DNA of 39,655 nucleotides from an uncultured Planctomycetia bacterium. GTDB taxonomy: Bacteria; Omnitrophota; Gorgyraeia; Gorgyraeales; Gorgyraeaceae. The notes beneath the pieces are model-generated. The model searched no databases. It was not told the DNA's origin and saw nothing but the letters and a program-made list of their open reading frames with translations. The stretch spans positions 1 through 39,655 of the forward strand of contig CAZWYD010000001.1 in NCBI GenBank assembly GCA_964637815.1, read 5' to 3'. Shown here in pieces: positions 34,445 through 39,655 of this stretch. A program made the position numbers and the translations under genes. Each line of letters begins with the position of its first letter. The first letter of the stretch is position 1.

Positions 34445-35119
34445 ATGAGAAGCAGCAAGAAGGATGAGATAATATTGATCGGAAGTGGTGCTCAAGGCCG
34501 CGTTACACTGGATATTCTCGAAGATAGTGGTTTTAAGGTCATTGGTTTTCTGGATGATAAAGATTCATTACAGGGAGTTGAAATAAGCAAAAAAAAGATT
34601 ATCGGGAAAACAAATAATGCCATGGAACTATCAGAAAGAAACTATAGATTCATTATTTGTATTGGCAATAATCGTGTCAGAAAAGAGGTTTCAGAGAAGA
34701 TAGAAATAAAGAAATCTTCATACGGGAATGCTATACACGCTTCTAGTGTTATTTTAAAGTCTGCATCAGTGGGTTGCGGTAATATGATTTTTGCAAATAC
34801 GTATATAGGTTCAAATACTCAGATAAAGAATCACACTATAATTAATAACGGTTGCGTAATAGAACATGACTCTGTACTCGAAGATTTTGTTTCAATTAGT
34901 CCGGGGTGTTGCATGGCTGGCAGAGTTACAATACGCGAAGGCGCTTTTATATCAGCCGGCGTTACTGTTGGTCCTAGGGTTATCATAGGGGCGAATTCAA
35001 TAATAGGTGCAGGCTCCGTCGTACTTAAAGATATCCCAGAGGGTGTTTTAGCTTATGGTGTTCCTGCGAAAGTAATAAGGAAAGTTAACCCCGAAGAGTT
35101 ATGGGATAGGTTGCTATAG
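34445..35119 (+). CDS. NeuD/PglD-family sugar acetyltransferase (Rossmann-like N-domain + LbH)
   Basis: The N-terminal module is IILIGSGAQGRVTLDIL...VIGFLDDKDSLQG. The C-terminal hexapeptide region is IIGAGSVVLKDIPEGVLAYGVPAKV. Confidence 0.82.
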   Translation: MRSSKKDEIILIGSGAQGRVTLDILEDSGFKVIGFLDDKDSLQGVEISKKKIIGKTNNAMELSERNYRFIICIGNNRVRKEVSEKIEIKKSSYGNAIHASSVILKSASVGCGNMIFANTYIGSNTQIKNHTIINNGCVIEHDSVLEDFVSISPGCCMAGRVTIREGAFISAGVTVGPRVIIGANSIIGAGSVVLKDIPEGVLAYGVPAKVIRKVNPEELWDRLL

Positions 35120-35154
35120 AGAAGAAGACATAGTTGTAAAGAAAGAGGTTTTTT

Positions 35155-36309
35155 ATGGAAGAATTATTTAAACACCAGATTCCATTAATGAAGCCCTGGG
35201 TAGGGATAGAGGAATATGAGATCCTCAAGGATGTCATATTAAGTGGATGGATTAGCCAAGGGCCAAAGGTTGAAAAATTTGAAAAAACCGTGGCTTCTTT
35301 TGTCGGGGCAAGGTACGCAGTAGCAACTAATTCCTGTACCTCTGCCTTGCATTTACTGTTGATAGCTAATGGAGTAGGGAAGGGAGATGAGGTAATATTA
35401 CCGGATTTTACCTGTATGGCAGATGCCAATGCCATAGCAATGGCTGGCGCAGTGCCTGTATTTGTTGACATAGACAGTGAGACATATAATATTGATCCGG
35501 AAGAAGTAGAGAAAATAATAACTAAAAAAACAAAAGCCGTTATGGTAATAGATCAAATTGGGCTTCCAGCTGACATGGATAGGTTTATTAATATTGCAAA
35601 AAGACATAATTTGCTGTTAATTGATGACGCCGCAACATCGTTGGGCGCTAAATATAAAAGCAGACATTTGGGTGGTTATGGAATTAGCGCTGTTTTTAGC
35701 TTTCATCCAAGAAAAATGATTACAACAGGAGAAGGTGGCATGATCGTGACAGATGATACAAAAATAGCTGAAACTTCAAGGATATTGAGGGCAACAGGCG
35801 CTTCTGTATCAGATCTCGAACGACATAAAGCCAAAGGCGTTATATTACAAAAATATTATACCAGTGGTTTTAATTATAGAATGACGGATATACAGGCTGC
35901 TATCGGAATCGTTCAGATGAAAAAATTGCCTGAGATATTGAAAGAGAGAAATAAACAAGCGCAATACTACAAAAGAGCATTCAGCAAGATAGGAGAACTT
36001 GAGGTTCCCTTTGTTCCGGAATATGCCAGTCATGCTTTTTCGTCCTATCTTTTGAAACTGAAAAAAGGTGCAAAGTTTACACCTAAAGACATTATAAACA
36101 GAATGGCCGACAAGAATATTTCTTGCAGGTTTGGAATACAACCACTTCATCGCGAACCGTATTTCTCTGAAAAAAAATTATCAGATAATGATTTTCCTGT
36201 GACGTGTGATGTGGCTGATAGGTCATTTTTCATCCCAATTTTTCCAGGGTTGTCCGTAAGAGATATGGATTATATTATCGATAGTATAAAAAATATTTTG
36301 AGTAGCTGA
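35155..36309 (+). CDS. DegT/DnrJ/EryC1/StrS-family sugar aminotransferase (WbpE/PglE-like)
   Basis: WISQGPKVEKFE, NSCTSALHL and the PLP-lysine motif FSFHPRKMITTGEGG fit the family. NYRMTDIQAAIG is also present. Confidence 0.88.
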   Translation: MEELFKHQIPLMKPWVGIEEYEILKDVILSGWISQGPKVEKFEKTVASFVGARYAVATNSCTSALHLLLIANGVGKGDEVILPDFTCMADANAIAMAGAVPVFVDIDSETYNIDPEEVEKIITKKTKAVMVIDQIGLPADMDRFINIAKRHNLLLIDDAATSLGAKYKSRHLGGYGISAVFSFHPRKMITTGEGGMIVTDDTKIAETSRILRATGASVSDLERHKAKGVILQKYYTSGFNYRMTDIQAAIGIVQMKKLPEILKERNKQAQYYKRAFSKIGELEVPFVPEYASHAFSSYLLKLKKGAKFTPKDIINRMADKNISCRFGIQPLHREPYFSEKKLSDNDFPVTCDVADRSFFIPIFPGLSVRDMDYIIDSIKNILSS

Positions 36310-36310
36310 T

Positions 36311-37033
36311 ATGACAAGAAAAATTACCAAAAGCATAAGCTTTATTTTACCTGTTTTTAATGAGAAAAATCTTATAATAGATACACTAAGACGTTGTAAT
36401 GAGATTTTATCGAGAGATTTTGAGGATTTTGAGATAATACTTGTTGATGATGGCAGCGTTGATGGAACAGGCGAAATTATAGAGGAACTAGCAAAAGGCA
36501 ATAATCGTATCCGGATAATTCATAATGGTGTAAATCTGAATGTAGGCATATCTATCCTTCGTGCTTTAGCACTTTCTACAAAAGATTATGTTATACATAA
36601 TGCGGTTGACCTTCCTTTGGATCCAGAGGATATAGCAGGGCTGGTCGATAAGTCTATGGGTGATAACGATGTCTTGGTTCTTGAGAGAAAGGCTTACGGC
36701 GGTTCCACTTTATGGCGTAAGATTGCTTCAAAAATTAATCGAGTGCTGCTGCATATTGTATTTCCTATTGCAAGCCATGGCGTGCGAGATATGAATTTTA
36801 CACAGCTTTATAAACGCGAGATACTTAAAGATATAATGCCTCTTGCTATGAGTCCCGAATTCACTACTCCGGAAATGATTCTTAGAGCTAAATATAAAGG
36901 TTTGCGCGTAAAATCTGTTTTAGTTGATTACTGGCCTAGGACATTAGGGAAAGGTGCGTTTGGCAAACCTCATGATATTCTATGGTCTCTATACGATATG
37001 TTTCGTTTTCGTCTGAAATCTTGGAAAGGATAG
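36311..37033 (+). CDS. GT2 glycosyltransferase, polyprenyl-phosphate sugar synthase-like (ArnC/DPM1-like, no C-terminal TM helices)
   Basis: ISFILPVFNEKN, EIILVDDGSVDGT and the later AVDLPLDPEDI are typical of the GT-A fold GT2 family. The 240-aa length resembles soluble DPM1/GtrB-core proteins. Confidence 0.75.
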   Translation: MTRKITKSISFILPVFNEKNLIIDTLRRCNEILSRDFEDFEIILVDDGSVDGTGEIIEELAKGNNRIRIIHNGVNLNVGISILRALALSTKDYVIHNAVDLPLDPEDIAGLVDKSMGDNDVLVLERKAYGGSTLWRKIASKINRVLLHIVFPIASHGVRDMNFTQLYKREILKDIMPLAMSPEFTTPEMILRAKYKGLRVKSVLVDYWPRTLGKGAFGKPHDILWSLYDMFRFRLKSWKG

Positions 37034-37037
37034 TTTT

Positions 37038-38009
37038 ATGTCCAGAAATAATGTTGAAGGGTCAAGGATTTTTATTACAGGTGGTGCAGGGTTCGTAGGC
37101 TCTTATGTTGTAGAAGAACTGCTTCTTTTAAAGCCAGAAAAGATATATATACTAGATAATTTATTCCGCGGGAACTATAAAAATATGAGTCATTTTATAG
37201 ATAACCCTATAGTCGAGTTTATCAAGGGGGACATAAGGGAAGATAAGCTTATAGATAAATATATGTCAAAATCCGATTATTGTTTTCATATGGCAGCATT
37301 ACGTATCAATGCTTGCGCAGCAGATCCTATTGAGGCCTTTGACGTGATGGTTAAGGGGACTTTTAATATATTGGAAAATGCCCGTAAACACAAGATAAAA
37401 AAGCTCGTTTATTCTTCCAGCGCTTCGGTGTATGGATTAGCACAGAATTTTCCTACATTCGAGACAGACAATCCTTATGATAATAAGACATTTTATGGTG
37501 CCAGTAAGTTATTTGGAGAGCAAATACTGCGCAGTTACTACCATATGTATACCATGAATTACGTTGCCTTGCGTTATTTCAATGTTTATGGTCCTCGCAT
37601 GGATATAGAAGGCAAATATACAGAGGTCATGATTAAATGGCTCGATTGTATTAAAGAGAACAGAGAGCCTGTAATTTATGGAGACGGTTCTACGACAATG
37701 GATTTTGTTTATGTTAAAGATGTTGCAAAGGCTAATGTTTTAGCCTTGATTAGCGATGTAAAAGATGAGGTTTTTAATATTGGTTATCAGAGAGAAACAA
37801 GCCTTAAGGAGTTACTTGAAATCCTGCTGAGAGTAAATAATTCGTCATTAAATCCGAGATTTATTAAGGAGAGTACTGTAAATCCAGTTAAGAGAAGATT
37901 AGCTGATATTGGAAAGGCAAAAAAACTTCTTAATTATCAACCCTCAGTGAGCTTAGAAGAAGGCTTAAGACTTTTGTCAGAATGGTATTTAAGAAAAAAG
38001 GAGATTTAA
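37038..38009 (+). CDS. Extended SDR NAD-dependent nucleotide-sugar epimerase/dehydratase/decarboxylase
   Basis: It has RIFITGGAGFVGSY, SSSASVYG, the catalytic YGASKLFGE motif and LRYFNVYGPR. The exact reaction (4-epimerase or UDP-GlcA decarboxylase type) cannot be told by eye. Confidence 0.8.
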   Translation: MSRNNVEGSRIFITGGAGFVGSYVVEELLLLKPEKIYILDNLFRGNYKNMSHFIDNPIVEFIKGDIREDKLIDKYMSKSDYCFHMAALRINACAADPIEAFDVMVKGTFNILENARKHKIKKLVYSSSASVYGLAQNFPTFETDNPYDNKTFYGASKLFGEQILRSYYHMYTMNYVALRYFNVYGPRMDIEGKYTEVMIKWLDCIKENREPVIYGDGSTTMDFVYVKDVAKANVLALISDVKDEVFNIGYQRETSLKELLEILLRVNNSSLNPRFIKESTVNPVKRRLADIGKAKKLLNYQPSVSLEEGLRLLSEWYLRKKEI

Positions 38010-38014
38010 AAGAG

Positions 38015-39142
38015 ATGATTAATATCGCTAAACCTTATTTAACAAAGGATGAAGCACAAGGTGCCTATGATGCAATACTGACAGGCTGGGTTACTCAGGG
38101 GCCAAGGGTACAGGAATTTGAAAAGAAGTTTGCAGAACATGTAGGAGCCAAATATGCAGTTGCTGTTTCTAGCTGCACTACTGCCCTGCATCTGTCTATG
38201 GTAGTGGCTAGAATTAAATCAGGAGACGAGGTTATATGCCCTTCTATGAGCTTTATCGCAACTGCCAATTCCATAATGTATGTTGGAGCTAAACCGATTT
38301 TTGCCGAAATTGAGCCAAAGACTTATAATATTGACCCTAAACATGCAGAGAGATTGATAACTGATCGCACAAAGGCAATATTGGTAGTGCACCAGATGGG
38401 TATGCCGGCTGATATAGATAGTTTTAAGCAGTTGTGTAAAAGACACAATCTTAAATTAATTGAAGATGCAGCTTGTGCGACAGGTTCATCGTATAAGGGA
38501 AGCAAGATAGGGTCTCATTCTGATCTTGTTTGCTTTTCTTTCCATCCGCGCAAGGTGATAACGACCGGTGATGGTGGAATGATAACGACTTCAAGAAAAG
38601 ATTACTACGACAGATTAAGGCTTCTGCGGCAGCATGGAATGTCTGTTGATGACAGGGCTAGGCATTTATCAAAGAGTTTTATTTTTGAAGATTATGTGGA
38701 AATCGGATATAACTACAGGATGACAGATATTCAAGCAGCGATAGGGATAAGGCAATTAGAAAAACTGGATTGGATAGTTTCAGAAAGAAGAAAAATAGCA
38801 GAAAGATACAAACAAGGCTTAAAAGATATAAATTGCATTAGGCTTCCATCGGAGAAAAAAGGATACTTTTCTAACCATCAGTCATATCCTGTCTATTTAA
38901 AAGAGAGTGTTCTCATATCCAGAAACGATTTGATGCAGAGGTTGTTTGACGAGGGCATTTCCACCAGGAGGGGTATAATGACTGCGCATCGTGAGATTGC
39001 CTACAAAAATTACTGTAAAAACCTGAAACTTCCTGTGTCAGAAAAAGTTTCTGATAGAAGTCTTCTACTGCCTTTGTATGTTGGCATGGAGAATAAGGAT
39101 ATAGATACAGTTATAGATAAATTAAAGAGATTTTTGAGGTAG
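38015..39142 (+). CDS. DegT-family sugar aminotransferase (ArnB-like); paralogue of the 35155-36309 gene
   Basis: WVTQGPRVQEFE, SSCTTALHL and FSFHPRKVITTGDGG fit the family. The ATG at 38015 has an AAAGGAG RBS, whereas the track's start at 37982 overlaps the SDR gene. By eye it aligns along its whole length with the 35155 product, matching at roughly half the positions. Confidence 0.85.
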   Translation: MINIAKPYLTKDEAQGAYDAILTGWVTQGPRVQEFEKKFAEHVGAKYAVAVSSCTTALHLSMVVARIKSGDEVICPSMSFIATANSIMYVGAKPIFAEIEPKTYNIDPKHAERLITDRTKAILVVHQMGMPADIDSFKQLCKRHNLKLIEDAACATGSSYKGSKIGSHSDLVCFSFHPRKVITTGDGGMITTSRKDYYDRLRLLRQHGMSVDDRARHLSKSFIFEDYVEIGYNYRMTDIQAAIGIRQLEKLDWIVSERRKIAERYKQGLKDINCIRLPSEKKGYFSNHQSYPVYLKESVLISRNDLMQRLFDEGISTRRGIMTAHREIAYKNYCKNLKLPVSEKVSDRSLLLPLYVGMENKDIDTVIDKLKRFLR

Positions 39143-39152
39143 TCGTATTAAG

Positions 39153-39655
39153 ATGAAAAAATACTATTATGTGGTTTTAATTATTTTCTTCTTGGCGTTG
39201 ATATTAAGGATTATAACTGTGATTGACATGCAGGCGCCTACTGAAGGAGATCCTTTGTCTTACGATACTCTTGCCAGATCTATAATCGATAGACTGGAAT
39301 TTTCTTATGTTCATGGAAAGTCTATATCATGGCGACCACCGTTCTACCCGATGTTTTTAGCTCTTTTATATATTATAGGGAGGCATAGTTATTTACTAGT
39401 CGGAATAGTTCAGGCGGTGATTGGATCCCTAACATGCATTTTTATTTATTGGATTGCCAGAGAATTTTTTGTTCGGACTGTAGCAGTGATAGCTGGATTG
39501 ATTTCAGCATGTTATCTTTATTTCATAGTTTCTACAAAGTTTTTGATGAGTGAAGCATTATTTATATTTTTATTAACTTCTTCAATGTATTACCTTATCA
39601 AGGGCCTAAGAAGGAGTTTTTTATTTAGAGATATAGCCCTAGCTGGATTTCTTTT
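39153..39655 (+). CDS. GT-C membrane glycosyltransferase (ArnT/PMT_2, GT39/GT83-like), 3'-truncated by window edge
   Basis: My own translation from ATG 39153 is open to the window end: MKKYYYVVLIIFFLALILRIITVIDMQAPTEGDPLSYDTLARSI...WRPPFYPMFLALLY.... It has TM helix 1, an early acidic loop (EGD..SYD) and the RPPxYP motif typical of ArnT-like enzymes. It is missing from the ORF track because it has no stop in the window. Confidence 0.75.
   Translation, partial: MKKYYYVVLIIFFLALILRIITVIDMQAPTEGDPLSYDTLARSIIDRLEFSYVHGKSISWRPPFYPMFLALLYIIGRHSYLLVGIVQAVIGSLTCIFIYWIAREFFVRTVAVIAGLISACYLYFIVSTKFLMSEALFIFLLTSSMYYLIKGLRRSFLFRDIALAGFL

Noticed and set aside
572-38505. All minus-strand ORFs in the track (60-173 aa, e.g. 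1755-2231, 19566-20069, 30543-31064, 35085-35471)
   Set aside because: Each lies wholly inside a + strand gene with strong family motifs. Their products are low-complexity (Ser/Ile/Phe/Leu/Lys-rich), as expected from antisense reading of AT-rich codons. None has a recognisable motif or RBS. I treat them as shadow ORFs.
1-39655. Mobile elements, CRISPR arrays, tRNA/rRNA/ncRNA genes, and defence or toxin-antitoxin systems
   Set aside because: There are no direct-repeat arrays and no transposase-, integrase- or nuclease-like ORFs. No non-coding stretch is long enough for a structured RNA gene, the longest being 83 nt and explained by the promoter and operator.

Overview
This AT-rich 39.7-kb window contains 37 credible genes, all on the + strand. 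Gaps are 0-35 nt or overlapping stop/start codons, including four ATGA overlaps. I found no tRNA, rRNA, CRISPR array, IS element or convincing terminator, and every minus-strand ORF in the track looks like a shadow of a + strand gene. The content is a surface-glycan (capsule or O-antigen type) biosynthesis super-operon, probably from a diderm bacterium. In order it contains: (1) a Wza-type exporter (5' partial) and a minimal Wzz-like protein; (2) a branched deoxysugar module of C-methyltransferase, RmlC-like cupin and RmlD; (3) the one long intergenic gap, carrying a perfect TTGACA-N17-TATAAT promoter and two tandem palindromes directly before a wHTH regulator; (4) a non-canonical pseudaminic-acid-like nonulosonate module (PseB, PseC, NeuB-like synthase without SAF domain, SpsF-like cytidylyltransferase, GSA-type aminotransferase, aldo/keto reductase, PseG-like); (5) a 16-gene tailoring island at 12.6-31.4 kb; (6) a Wzx flippase; (7) a WbpB/WbpD/WbpE-type diacetamido-sugar module with an extra NeuD-family acetyltransferase; (8) an Arn-like lipid-carrier aminosugar module ending in a 3'-truncated GT-C transferase. 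The island holds three cobalamin-type radical SAM enzymes, three SAM methyltransferases, an ATP-grasp ligase, a formyltransferase, an omega-aminotransferase, an IolB-like isomerase, a GH57-like protein, a degenerate DegT-like protein, a FemAB-like transferase, a 624-aa HP-motif protein and one GT4. I consider this island, coupled to the Pse-like module, the best candidate for an undescribed system. All family calls rest on by-eye motif recognition, not on searches.
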